A stretch of 64,000 bases of DNA from Leptospiraceae bacterium (GTDB lineage: Bacteria > Spirochaetota > Leptospiria > Leptospirales > Leptonemataceae). Below the pieces are notes generated by a model. That model worked only from the letters and a program-made list of their open reading frames with translations. It made no database searches and was not told the origin of the DNA. Below are positions 31,336-41,927 of this stretch, one piece after another. Numbering within the stretch: the stretch's first letter is position 1; the number at the start of each line of letters is the position of its first letter. Where the stretch lies: positions 160,001-224,000 of the forward strand of contig JAVJNR010000003.1 in the NCBI GenBank assembly GCA_040217195.1. The letters are read 5' to 3'. The position numbers were made by a program, and so were the translations under genes.

Positions 31336-31461
31336 CTTAACCTTCTTGTCATTCTATCAGAGAACAACGGGTGATGGGAATCGGCTGTTAGAAAAAAGCA
31401 TCAGTCACGATTCATGCAACGCGATACGAATTCCAGACCATCGCAGCATAGGTTTAGCACA

Positions 31462-32079
31462 TCAGAGACGAACATAGGGCATCCTGCGAATGGTGGCTGG
31501 AAGACTGTAGGTATCCGCTCCGCTGATGGTAACTACTTTGGCCTTTTCCAGGTCCAGGGTGCCATCTGGCTGCTGGATTTCCTGCGGGAAGCGAATTTCT
31601 AGAATTCGGCCAACAATTAGACGAGTTCGATTCACTTCTATTAAATGCTCCTCTTCGAACCGAAGTCCAACCTGGATACGGCTTTCTGCAACGAAAGGTG
31701 CCTGCTGTCCTTCCCAGGTCTCTGGCGTAAGCCCGGTAGCTTCAAATTCCGAGCGGTTGGCGGGGTATTTGCCTGAAGTTTGATGTGCCGGTTCAATCAT
31801 ATCTTCATGAATATGATTAATTGTGTAATGTCCGGTTTCTCTAATATTATCATAGGTATGCCGCGACACAGTGGCGGGTCTGAGAATATATCCAAGAAGA
31901 GCTGGATCACTTCCAAGATGAATTACAGAACTGAAGATAGCTAGATTGGTCTGCCCCTGATTGTTGGCCGTAGCGATTAGATTGGCACTTTTGTATCCCG
32001 ACAATGAATTCACAAGATTCAACCGCGGCACTTTTCCCAGACGAGCCAGCTCCGATTCTGTGAGCCTCAGTCTTCCCAT
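31462..32079 (-). CDS. flavin reductase family protein
   Basis: NLAIFSSV, RHTYDNI, AHQTS, PFVAES; upstream of and codirectional with the LLM gene. Confidence 0.85.
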   Translation of the reverse strand: MGRLRLTESELARLGKVPRLNLVNSLSGYKSANLIATANNQGQTNLAIFSSVIHLGSDPALLGYILRPATVSRHTYDNIRETGHYTINHIHEDMIEPAHQTSGKYPANRSEFEATGLTPETWEGQQAPFVAESRIQVGLRFEEEHLIEVNRTRLIVGRILEIRFPQEIQQPDGTLDLEKAKVVTISGADTYSLPATIRRMPYVRL

Positions 32080-32251
32080 ATCAATAAAATATAGAAGAAT
32101 TCTCCTCCAGGCACTCCAAAACCCGGATGCTCTACACGTAAACTGCTCACTTCCGACCTCTGTCTTATTTCAGTTCATTGCTGATTTGATTCCGGAAAGA
32201 AGAATTCTGACTCCTGGATGACAGATGCCCAATGTTATAATTAATGGTTAT

Positions 32252-32728
32252 ATGAGACTTCCATCATTCTTAACGCTAATATTAATATCTACGGCCGGTG
32301 CATGTATGAGCCCTGCAGCTTCTGGCATTGATCTTAATTCCGGCAAAGATCAAGTGACTGCGGAAACTAGCAATGATGACCTTAAACCTCCGTCGGACAT
32401 TAACCAGAGTTATAGTTTTGCTGGTAGTTGCATCTATCCTCAGGGATTTTGCGTGCAGGTCTATGCTTCGGATCCCGCTGCCGCCATCACTCAACTAATT
32501 GTAATGGGTAAAAAGAGCTGTAGAATCTTGCCTCCCGGCAAAGGTAAACCTCAATGCGCGGATCTATTTACGAAAGCCCGATGCATTGGAACTCCGTTTA
32601 CGCCTGAGTATGCTTCTGCAGGAACGGAGATTCAGATGGACCTATATTTTGATTCGGTACCGGATGAAAAAGGAAAGGCAAGCTGCACAGATAATGGGGG
32701 TACTTTTCAGCTACTTTCAAAAGGTTAG
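32252..32728 (+). CDS. Cys-rich hypothetical lipoprotein
   Basis: Lipobox-like TAGAC; paired Cys; SCTDNGGTF terminus. Confidence 0.6.
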   Translation: MRLPSFLTLILISTAGACMSPAASGIDLNSGKDQVTAETSNDDLKPPSDINQSYSFAGSCIYPQGFCVQVYASDPAAAITQLIVMGKKSCRILPPGKGKPQCADLFTKARCIGTPFTPEYASAGTEIQMDLYFDSVPDEKGKASCTDNGGTFQLLSKG

Positions 32729-32758
32729 AGTTTGTATCCTCCAATCAACAACGGATTA

Positions 32759-33697
32759 TCACTTCAGCATTGCAGCATTCTCTTGTGCGACTTTTCGCCC
32801 CAGTTCGAAATTGACTCCACCGCGACGCATTCGATGAGGTCCGAGCCTTGGAGTTTCAGTGCGAAACCAGAGCACTTTTACACCCCGGGCACGTGCCATC
32901 TCCAGTCTTAATCGAATTAATTCATCCGAGATGATTTCATGGGATCGCTCCAGGGCACTCAAGAAACTGAACTTTTCCGGAGCGGATTCAGGACCACTGC
33001 GATACAGTGTTTGATGATCCGGATTCATCCTGGCATCGCCTCGTACGGAAAGGTATTCCTTTCTGGATTTCTTTCTTTCCATTGCTACAGGTATCACTTG
33101 ATGCACTATTATCCGGCGTATTCTATCATTTTCCAGCCAGTGTTCAAACGGGATGGGATCTGCAATCCCCCCATCCCAGTATAGATCGCCATCGATTTCC
33201 TTGGCCTGAAACAAACCAGGCATGGCTGCACTGGCCATTACGTAGTCCCTGATCAAGCCGGACCGGGCGGTTTCCGTTCTGCCAGCAGTAAGGTTGGCTA
33301 CCGACAATGCAAGTGTAGGATTCTTGCAGTCTTCAATCCTACGATCGCCAATAAATTCTTTGAGCAGTGCCTGTACTTTTTTTCCATCAAATGCACCGGT
33401 AATCCCTTTGCGATTTAACATCAATGCTGGCATGCGATAAGCAGCCTTCCATTCCAGGAATACGCGAGATAACCTGGGATTCAGAAATTCACGAGCAATT
33501 TCATCCGGGGCCATACCACCTGCATAGAGACCGGCCACAATAGCACCTGCGGAGGCACCGGCAACATGATCCGGGAAAACTTCCAGTTCATGAAGGCCCT
33601 GTAAGAAGCCCGCATGGGCGTAGAAACCAAAATAAGAGGAATTCAGGCAAAGGGCCGTTTGCCCTTTGCGAAAGAAACGAAGCCAGCGAAGATTCAA
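32759..33697 (-). CDS. patatin-like phospholipase
   Basis: GASAG nucleophile and DGG motifs. Confidence 0.9.
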   Translation of the reverse strand: MNLRWLRFFRKGQTALCLNSSYFGFYAHAGFLQGLHELEVFPDHVAGASAGAIVAGLYAGGMAPDEIAREFLNPRLSRVFLEWKAAYRMPALMLNRKGITGAFDGKKVQALLKEFIGDRRIEDCKNPTLALSVANLTAGRTETARSGLIRDYVMASAAMPGLFQAKEIDGDLYWDGGIADPIPFEHWLENDRIRRIIVHQVIPVAMERKKSRKEYLSVRGDARMNPDHQTLYRSGPESAPEKFSFLSALERSHEIISDELIRLRLEMARARGVKVLWFRTETPRLGPHRMRRGGVNFELGRKVAQENAAMLK

Positions 33698-33734
33698 ACG
33701 AATCTCTCCGGATTACTTTCTATTGAGTCGAAGA

Positions 33735-34115
33735 CTAAAGGGCCCACAGATTTGCTACCACTCGGTCGCCCTGGGCGAATACTTCCATGCCATACTTTTT
33801 CCCGTCCGGGCTTTCAAACGTACCTTCCTTTCCATAGTCTTGCTCTAACACTTTCCACCCTGCTTTCTTCATTGCATCCAGAATCATTGCATAGGGCAGA
33901 CTGATCTTATCCGGCTTAATAAACGGAAATACAAGCTGAAGCTCTGTTCCACTGGATCTTACCACCTGGGCTCCCTCAATCTCAAGATTGAGGGTACTCC
34001 AGGGCTTTGCCAGGCCATCTCGGGATTTCGCGGAATCCGAATCGCTGCCGCAGCCAGCGCTGAGCAGCAACAGGACAGACACCAGGCAAATAGACAGAAC
34101 GGTTCGGTTTCGCAT
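33735..34115 (-). CDS. hypothetical lipoprotein
   Basis: MRNRTVLSICLVSVLLLLSAGC lipoprotein signal. Confidence 0.7.
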   Translation of the reverse strand: MRNRTVLSICLVSVLLLLSAGCGSDSDSAKSRDGLAKPWSTLNLEIEGAQVVRSSGTELQLVFPFIKPDKISLPYAMILDAMKKAGWKVLEQDYGKEGTFESPDGKKYGMEVFAQGDRVVANLWAL

Positions 34116-34207
34116 ATTGAAAGGTTCCTCTGGTCCTGGTCCGGGGCAAGGAGTTTTCCATCTACCAATTCCAGACCGCAGTCAAAAAATGTGTTGCCTC
34201 GACGCAT

Positions 34208-34239
34208 ACATATCGTTTATCTGCGATATAACGATATGT
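34208..34239. promoter_or_regulatory. putative ArsR operator overlapping the start codon
   Basis: ACATATCGTT-N12-AACGATATGT perfect inverted repeat, with nested ATATCG-N8-CGATAT (34210-34229). Confidence 0.65.
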
Positions 34240-34547
34240 CTAAATTGCCTAAAAAGCCTACCCTGCCCGATCAGCAATTACAGGATTTTCTGGATGCTGT
34301 TTCCAGCCGAACCCGCCAGAAACTGCTTCTTGCTTTTCTGGACGGCAAAGGTAGGACCGTTAATGAGCTCGTAGAATACTCCGGACTGGGACAGTCCACC
34401 GTTTCGGCCCATCTTTCGGCCCTTTATCGCGGAGGCCTGTTACACCGAGAAAAGAAAGGTAAAGAGGTATACTATCAGCCGGATCGGCAATCCATTCGCA
34501 GCACCTTGCAGAGGCTTTCCAGTTATCTGGAAAATTGCTGTCCTTGA
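34236..34547 (+). CDS. ArsR/SmtB family regulator
   Basis: TVNELVE..GLGQSTVSAHLSAL..GGLL..EKKGKEVYY; C-terminal NCCP. Confidence 0.88.
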   Translation: MSKLPKKPTLPDQQLQDFLDAVSSRTRQKLLLAFLDGKGRTVNELVEYSGLGQSTVSAHLSALYRGGLLHREKKGKEVYYQPDRQSIRSTLQRLSSYLENCCP

Positions 34548-34698
34548 TTCTGGGAGAATTCACTGAGGCCCTCGGTTTTTCCGAGATGAAATATCGTTAC
34601 ATCTAGATACCTCGTTTTATAGGTCTTCCGGCAATACAGATGTCCGGTGACGAAACCAGGTACCTAAAATGTGATTCAATTCAGGAGGAATACAGAAG

Positions 34699-35622
34699 AT
34701 GAAACATAGGAAACATGAGCAAAGTCCGCGCGACAGGACAGCGCAAGAATCGATCCCGATCAAAATATTAAAATACTCCGGATTTCCGGTCCTTCTGGGA
34801 TCGGTTGCTCTGGCACTGAGCCAGGATTCGCCTGTTCTGGCTTACGTGGCTCTGGCAGTGGTGGTAGCTATCGGATGGCTGTTCGAAAGGACCATTCCTT
34901 ACGAAATGGAAAGACGTATCGAGCCGGGTGCCCTTATACAAGACACGACGTTTAGCATCGTTACGCTTCTTGTAGGACCGGCTCTGGGGGTATTTCTTTC
35001 CTGGACTCTATCTAGAATTGACCTGGCAGTGACGGACCTAACCGCTTTAACGTGGCTACTGCAATTACCGCTGGCTTTGATCGTATCTGGTTTTCTGCCC
35101 TACGTTTTGCACAGATTGGCCCATGAAAAGGACGGCATTCTCTGGAGAGCCCATAGCATTCATCATGCTCCTCGCAGCGTCTATTGGCTTAATGCGCTTC
35201 GACTGCATCCGTTGAACACAGCATGGAATACGACTGCCGGGCTTATCCCACTATTGCTGCTGGGCTTTGACCCGGGCATTATTTTTATGACAGGAGTACT
35301 CAACAACTTCATGTCCATAGCGAACCACTTTAATGCAGACTTAAGACTGGGACCTTTGAATTTAATTTTCAATTCTGGCCAACTTCATCGCTGGCACCAC
35401 AATCGGGATCTAAGCATAGCAAATCATAATTATTCCAGCGGGCTTCTGATCTTCTGGGACCTGATGTTTGGGACCTATCTAATGCCCGAGCGAAAACAAA
35501 CAAACAGCGAAGTAGGACTTATGAATGAATCTAGTTATCCAATGACCTCCATAAAGGAACAATTGATCTTCCCTTTTCGCGGATTCGGCACTTGTTGCCC
35601 AGGACCTGGTCTGGCCGCTTGA
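34699..35622 (+). CDS. sterol desaturase / fatty acid hydroxylase family membrane protein
   Basis: His boxes HRLAH, HSIHH, NH, HRWHH; NYS...WD motif; AGGAGG RBS. Confidence 0.9.
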   Translation: MKHRKHEQSPRDRTAQESIPIKILKYSGFPVLLGSVALALSQDSPVLAYVALAVVVAIGWLFERTIPYEMERRIEPGALIQDTTFSIVTLLVGPALGVFLSWTLSRIDLAVTDLTALTWLLQLPLALIVSGFLPYVLHRLAHEKDGILWRAHSIHHAPRSVYWLNALRLHPLNTAWNTTAGLIPLLLLGFDPGIIFMTGVLNNFMSIANHFNADLRLGPLNLIFNSGQLHRWHHNRDLSIANHNYSSGLLIFWDLMFGTYLMPERKQTNSEVGLMNESSYPMTSIKEQLIFPFRGFGTCCPGPGLAA

Positions 35623-35713
35623 TTCGCAAGTTTAGATTAAATCGAATCGCCCTTTCGATGGAACTCCGGCACTCAGTCATGCCGGGGTTTCACCAATTTC
35701 TAGCAACCTGCTT

Positions 35714-36391
35714 TCATAATAGATCCAGAATCTTTGTTGTAAATGGTGTGTAATCCAGGTCCGACTCACGCTCAAACGAAAGCAATGGCAAAGGAACTAT
35801 CTTGCCATTCAGGTAAATCGTGCCTTTAAGATTGAAATCTACAAATTCATTGTCATAACGATCAAAAAACAATTTAAAGCGAGTCCCACCAGTTTCTGTG
35901 GTCTCTTCATAGGCCGATGCTACTTTTGATTCTATTTGATAGTCGTCCGGAAAGGTTTCTCCAAACTCCTGGGCACGGAGGCTAGCCAACCATTCATCCT
36001 TCTTTAAATCAATTCTGGAACCAGGGCTGGTCTCAAATTCTATCCAGACTTCCAGGGGTCTTGGTAAATCCCTGGTTACAGGCAGAACGGGAATTAAACA
36101 GGGCCCCATGCTGTGCTGCCAGGTTCCAGAGAGAGGAACATTTATCCGAACCTGAAAGTCTTCCGTTCGATAAATCGCTGAGTTTTCGCTCACCTGCCAG
36201 CCAGCTTCCTGAATGGGAACCATGGAATAATGGGATCGCAATGAGCTACAGCTACCCAGCAGAATGAAAGATAGGCCAACCAGTGCCAGGGCAGCTGTCT
36301 TTCGCGGAAGCCTATAATTTGCAGACGAGCGAATCAATTCAGAGAAAGGAATAGAAGAATACAGCCTGTAGAATCGGTCCGGGATATTCAC
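35714..36391 (-). CDS. hypothetical lipoprotein (start uncertain)
   Basis: Lipobox-like ILLGSC after a hydrophobic stretch. Confidence 0.55.
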   Translation of the reverse strand: MNIPDRFYRLYSSIPFSELIRSSANYRLPRKTAALALVGLSFILLGSCSSLRSHYSMVPIQEAGWQVSENSAIYRTEDFQVRINVPLSGTWQHSMGPCLIPVLPVTRDLPRPLEVWIEFETSPGSRIDLKKDEWLASLRAQEFGETFPDDYQIESKVASAYEETTETGGTRFKLFFDRYDNEFVDFNLKGTIYLNGKIVPLPLLSFERESDLDYTPFTTKILDLL

Positions 36392-36641
36392 AGAAAGAAA
36401 CTGTCAGAACCGATAATGATGTCAAACAGGAACCGATAGTCCGGTCGCTCCACAAGTTCTATTTCAGATAATTCTTTCATTCAATCGTCTATCTCCTTTT
36501 TTCAATTGGCCAGCATACAGGAAAAACTGTCAACCCCGGTCCGAAGAATCGCCCGGTTCCTCCGGATTACTGCCCTCCCGAAGGAGCCGAACAATAAAGA
36601 AAAAATCGTGACTTTTATACCATACGCCCGAATCCTATACT

Positions 36642-37976
36642 ATGGATGCACAGTACAAGTATTTGATCATAGGCGCGGATGCAGCGGGCAATTCGGCTGT
36701 TGGGCAGATCCGTAGAAATGACAAAGAAGGTACCATAGGGATTCTGGAAAAAACTGAGATCATTTCCTATGGCGCCTGCGGTCTTCCCTATGCGATCAGC
36801 GGCTCCGTTAAATCCTTTGATGATCTAATACATTTTGATGGCCCCACGTTTGGGCAAAAAACAAAATCAGATGTATTGTTGAACCATGAAGCCATTGCAG
36901 TGGATACGAATTCTAGATCCGTCACCGCCAGAACTCCAGAAGGAGAGAAACAATTTGGCTACGAAAAGCTAATGATAGGGACCGGTGCACCGGCTCTGCG
37001 ATTGCCATTTATTGATTACGCCTCTCAGCGAGTCTTCGAATTGAAAACTGTTCCGGACGGACGGGCCATACATTCCTTTATTGAAAATCAAAAACCGAAG
37101 AAAGTTGCCATCATCGGTGCAGGTTATATTGGACTTGAAGCAGCTGAAAATTTTCAGGAACTGGGTATTCAGGTCACTATATTTGAAGCTCTGGATAGAC
37201 CCGTGCCTCGCCTGCCAGAAAGCCTTTCCAAATCCATAGTGTCTCAGATGAAGGATCATAACATCGAGTTTCATGCGAATACCGGTGTAAAATCGGTGAA
37301 AGAAACAGGCAATGGAATTGAACTGGGAACAGACCAGGGCATTGAAACTTTCGATTTTCTACTTGTAGCAGTAGGAGTGCGGCCGGCCACCTCCTTTCTC
37401 GAAGGTTCAGAAATCCAATTGCAGAAAGGCGCCATTGTAGTTGATCAGTACGGGCTAACCAACGTTGCTGAAGTCTATTCCGGCGGTGATTGCGCTCTGG
37501 TGTATCACAAACTCTTGAAGAAGCCAGTTTATTATCCCCTGGGGCATACTGCGAATAAACAAGGACGCATTGCAGGAATGAATATGAGCGGCGAACATTT
37601 ACCCTTTCCGGGCATCGTCGGTACCCAGGTATTCAAATTCTTTGATCGTGCGTATGCATTGACTGGACTTACAGCTCTCGAGGCGCTGGAGGCAGGATAC
37701 GAATTCGAAGAAACAAGCGCCATGCGACCCTCCAGGGCAGGCTATTATCCAGGCTCGGACAAAGTTAAGATGACCTTGCTTTTGAATAAAAAAGATGGAA
37801 CTCTACTTGGGGCGGCTATGTTCGGTCCTCTTGATAGCTACGGATTGATCGATGCTGCCTCAGCACTGATCAACATGGGGGCTCGAGCCGATGAAATTGC
37901 CTGGATGGACTTTGCCTATGCGCCTCCATTCGCCCCGGTATGGAATGCTTTGATTTCGGCTGCGGGTAAAAGCTAA
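36642..37976 (+). CDS. CoA-disulfide reductase / NADH oxidase family flavoprotein
   Basis: ISYGACG single-Cys redox motif, GAGYIGLE, GGDC, YAPPF. Confidence 0.9.
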   Translation: MDAQYKYLIIGADAAGNSAVGQIRRNDKEGTIGILEKTEIISYGACGLPYAISGSVKSFDDLIHFDGPTFGQKTKSDVLLNHEAIAVDTNSRSVTARTPEGEKQFGYEKLMIGTGAPALRLPFIDYASQRVFELKTVPDGRAIHSFIENQKPKKVAIIGAGYIGLEAAENFQELGIQVTIFEALDRPVPRLPESLSKSIVSQMKDHNIEFHANTGVKSVKETGNGIELGTDQGIETFDFLLVAVGVRPATSFLEGSEIQLQKGAIVVDQYGLTNVAEVYSGGDCALVYHKLLKKPVYYPLGHTANKQGRIAGMNMSGEHLPFPGIVGTQVFKFFDRAYALTGLTALEALEAGYEFEETSAMRPSRAGYYPGSDKVKMTLLLNKKDGTLLGAAMFGPLDSYGLIDAASALINMGARADEIAWMDFAYAPPFAPVWNALISAAGKS

Positions 37977-38043
37977 ATAGCCGTTACTTCGAAATTCCGA
38001 TTCCGCTTGACCTTTTTTCCTCTGGCGGTCTCTGTATTTCCGG

Positions 38044-40175
38044 ATGAAAGCCAAACCCAGTACCGGTAACGCATTTTTAGCCCTTAGTTGGCGACTGGAG
38101 CTGTTCACTCATATAGTTCCTGTACCCATTTCCATTTATTTTTCGGCCACTCTGGTTCCCATGACTGAGGATCAGAGAATGACTGCATTTATTGCAGGTA
38201 CAATCAGCGGAACTCTAATGTTAATTCTGGGTATGGCCTGGCGTTACCTCAGGCTTCGGAAAGTACAGAAATTCCTGGCTCAGGGGGATCTACTAAAGCA
38301 TAAGAAGGGGCTATTGAATCATCCTCTTCAGGAGGCAATCGTAATTGCATTACGCTGGCTAACTGGAGTACCACTTGCGCATTTGATGTTCGCTTACCAC
38401 TATGGAGAGTTTCATTGGGCCCTCCATGCATCCACTCCGTTCTTGCTTTTGATTATTACTCCAGTATCCATGGCAGCCTATTTCTATATTTCTGAAAGCG
38501 TTCTGCGAAAGCCATTAAGTGGCCCGGATCTAAGAAGTCTTCCGGTACCAGGTCTGTTCCGTCTGGGCTATTTTCCAAGGCTTCTATTTACGGTGGTGGC
38601 TCTTATGCTCATGCCACTTACAATGCAGACCTATCTGATCTATCAATTCATCTATGGAAAGCTTCAGATTTCCAACCCTCTGTTTCATATTGGCATCGTA
38701 CTGATTCTATTTCTGATACCCACAGTCATTGCTGCTTTCGCCGTGGCCCGGGCGGTGCGGGCCGGCCTGGGAGATACAAGGGATGTGCTTTCCAGGCTGG
38801 GTGAGGGACACTTTGATATGTCTGCTTCGGCCAGAACTGCAGATGAATTCGGCGAGCAGGCTATCCATCTGAACAATGTAATTGAACGTCTTCGCACAAT
38901 GTACGAAAAGATAGAAGACATGAATCAGAATCTAGAAAAGCAGGTGAAGGATAGAACTTTACAACTGGAGAATACGCTCAAGGATGTAAGAGCGCTTAAA
39001 GCTCAGCAGGACGGGGATTACTATCTGACTTCGCATTTACTTAGACCACTTTCTTCTCAAGAAATAAAAAGCGAAACCGTGCAGATCGAGCAATTTGTAA
39101 AGCAGAAGAAGGAATTTCAGTTCGCGATCAATATGGAGAAATTGGCGGAGACCTGTGCACGGCCCATGAGCTCAGTCTCAGGGACCGATACTATGTAGTA
39201 TTCTTAAACGGTGATGCCATGGGAAAGTCCATCCAGGGAGCCGGCGGCGCAATTGTAATGGGAACCGTATTCAAATCCATTGTGGCCCGGACCGATATGG
39301 TGGCTTCGCAGAGATCCAGATTTCCAGAGCAATGGCTAAGAGATGCCTATACAGAACTGCAGACCGTTTTCGCCGCCTTTGATGGATTTATGCAGGCCTC
39401 TGCAAGCATTGGCTTAATCGATGAAGTCAATGGTTTTCTATATTTCATTAATGCAGATCATCCGGGTCTGGTACTCTATCGTAATGAGAAGGCCAGCTTT
39501 TTACCGGACGAAAGAAGTACAATGCGATTTGGGATTGAAGGGCTGGGAAATGAGTTTCACTTAAATACATTTCAGTTGCAGGCCGGTGATGTGATCTTAG
39601 CAGGTTCGGATGGCAGAGATGACCTGGTCGTAGGCACAGGTCCGGATGGAGTTCGGCAATTCAATGATGATGAAAACGCAATTCTTCAACATGTTGAAAA
39701 GACCGGAGCCGATCTCGCCGCTATGGTAGAATCTCTGGAACAATCCGGCGAGCTGGCGGATGATTTGAGTTTGCTGCGTATTTCCTTTCGAGAAAATGAA
39801 GTGGGCAACAGCGTGAACGGTACTGGAGATTTGCTGGAACGGGCCGCTTCTGCTTACAGAAATCGAGAATTTCTTAAGTCCGCAGGATTATACTCTGAGT
39901 ATGCAGGTCAGGATCCTTCCCGTGTTGATGTTTTTTTTCAGGCATCCTATTGCTATAAACTTGGACGGAGTTATGAGCTTGCTTGCGACTTCGGAGAAAG
40001 ATGCAGGATTCGTGATCCCCATCTGGTAAAGAACCTGATTAATCTTGGAGATGTTTACCGGCTTATGGGCGATCGATTCCGGGCACGAACCCTACTGGAA
40101 CAAGCCCTGTTATTGGAACCCGAGAACTCTTCGGCCAGGCAACTTGCATCTGCACTACAGCATCCAGCCGCCTGA
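38044..40175 (+). pseudogene. membrane HAMP-SpoIIE(PP2C)-TPR phosphatase split by a 1-nt frameshift (pseudogene or sequencing error)
   Basis: ORF 38044-39198 (TMs, HAMP, QQDGDYYLTS) continues in the -1 frame from ~39123 as RDQYGEIGGDLC...NGDAMGKS into ORF 39219-40175 (SDG, DDLS, TPRs). Confidence 0.85.
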
Positions 40176-40307
40176 AAGAAAAAGTGTTTGCTAGAACCGG
40201 GGCCCAGGCTAGGTTCCGGGCTCTGAGATGACTTCCTCTTTGATCTGGACATTGATTGCTGTGTATGCAGGTTTCTTCTATCTACTACACTGGATGGAGA
40301 AGCGACT

Positions 40308-40895
40308 ATGATTCTGGGGCACTATGCGGCCGCCTATATCGCCCGGCCACACAATCGAATGGCTCCTTTCTGGTTATTATTGCTTTGTTCTAACCTGGCC
40401 GAGTTCCTATGGCTTGGGCTGGCCCTGGCCGGTGTGGAATCACCGGAACCATCGTCTTTGCTGGATGCCACCTTTCAAAATTTGAAAGTGCATATGACTT
40501 ACAGTCACAATCTGCTGCCCAATTTAACCCTGGGGATTCTGGCATACATTGTCATCTTTTTCGCTTACCGTTCTCAGAAGCTTGCTCTATGGTGCGGATT
40601 TCTCACCGTTTCGCACGTATGGCTGGATTTTATTGTAGGGTTCGAGCACCAAATTCTTGGACCGGAAAGTCTGAGCATTGGTCTGAATTCCTACGCCAGG
40701 TTCCCTCATCTGGCGGTGATCCTTGAATGGCTTTTCTCTGTGGGCTGTCTGTTGTACTATTTTAGAGCAGAGTCCATGGCCAATCGGACCGTTTCGGCCA
40801 GGAAGAAAGGAGCGCTTCTCATCGCCTTTTCTGTGGGAGTGCTTATCTGGCTGCCGAATGCCACCATTCCCATGCGAGAACTGCTTCCGTTTTGA
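40308..40895 (+). CDS. membrane protein (possible metal-dependent hydrolase family)
   Basis: GH, YSH, SHVWLD motifs; multiple TMs. Confidence 0.6.
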   Translation: MILGHYAAAYIARPHNRMAPFWLLLLCSNLAEFLWLGLALAGVESPEPSSLLDATFQNLKVHMTYSHNLLPNLTLGILAYIVIFFAYRSQKLALWCGFLTVSHVWLDFIVGFEHQILGPESLSIGLNSYARFPHLAVILEWLFSVGCLLYYFRAESMANRTVSARKKGALLIAFSVGVLIWLPNATIPMRELLPF

Positions 40896-41092
40896 TTCTG
40901 GCTAGGATTAACATCGCAATCCTGACGACTCTGTGACGGAATCCAGGTCGTAATCCAGACTGCTCGGTAATTGGACTCAAATTCGCACTCGGACTATTCC
41001 TGGCTCTTGTTTAGTTCGACCTGCCGCAATATTTTTCGCTTTTTAACAGAACTGTAGTTGCTTTTCGGGAAAGTTCTCCCAAAGCTGACACC

Positions 41093-41782
41093 ATGTCATC
41101 GCAACTATTTCTGTACGCTTTCTTCGCACTGAGTGCGGCCCATATCATTGGAGAGCTATTGCAGGACCCTATCCGTAAACGGATTCGCATGAGTACCAAA
41201 CCATTTCTAATGCCAGCTCTGATCGCATACAGTCTCTTGCATACAGATGAGCCAAACTGGTGGATTGTTGGAGGATTGCTATTGGGATGGGTTGGCGATG
41301 TAGTTTTGATGTATCCGAAAGTTGCCATAATGTTTCTCATTGGCCTGGCCTCTTTTCTCGTAGGTCATGGTCTCTATATCTATGCCTTCCTGGAATCCAC
41401 TGGTTTTCTGCAGAGTATGCCGGTATGGTTTATGGCCCTTTCAGCTGTATTCGCACTGGCAGCTGCAGCAATATTTGCCTACTTTAAGCCACATCTAACA
41501 GGCGAAAATGCTGACAAAAAGATTCCGGTGGCGCTTTACTCGGCAATAATCATGGCCATGAGCTACACTTCTCTGGCCATCTGGCTGAATGGCTCTGGCT
41601 CTGGAGTTTTCTTTGTGGCTCTTCCTTTCATCGGATCTCTATTCTTTATTGTTTCCGATGTCATTCTGGCAAAGCTGCTCTTTATCAAACCATTCAAATT
41701 CGATAAGGCCATCAACATGACTACCTACCTGGCCGGTCAATTCTTCATCGCGCAGGCGTATCTGCCCTATCCGTTTGGCTGA
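41093..41782 (+). CDS. YhhN/TMEM86 lysoplasmalogenase family protein, copy 1
   Basis: TKP, GDVVL, SFLVGH, VSD, TY...Q motifs. Confidence 0.88.
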   Translation: MSSQLFLYAFFALSAAHIIGELLQDPIRKRIRMSTKPFLMPALIAYSLLHTDEPNWWIVGGLLLGWVGDVVLMYPKVAIMFLIGLASFLVGHGLYIYAFLESTGFLQSMPVWFMALSAVFALAAAAIFAYFKPHLTGENADKKIPVALYSAIIMAMSYTSLAIWLNGSGSGVFFVALPFIGSLFFIVSDVILAKLLFIKPFKFDKAINMTTYLAGQFFIAQAYLPYPFG

Positions 41783-41927
41783 TCCAGGAGTTGTGCTGGA
41801 ATTCTGGATTGATGGTCGGTAAAGAAAGAGCGGATTCAAACCGAAAAGTTACTGCCCCTTTCCAAATAAATTCCGGTGTAGATAGAACAGTAGTTGGCCT
41901 GCAGAATGCGTCATCCAATCTCATACC

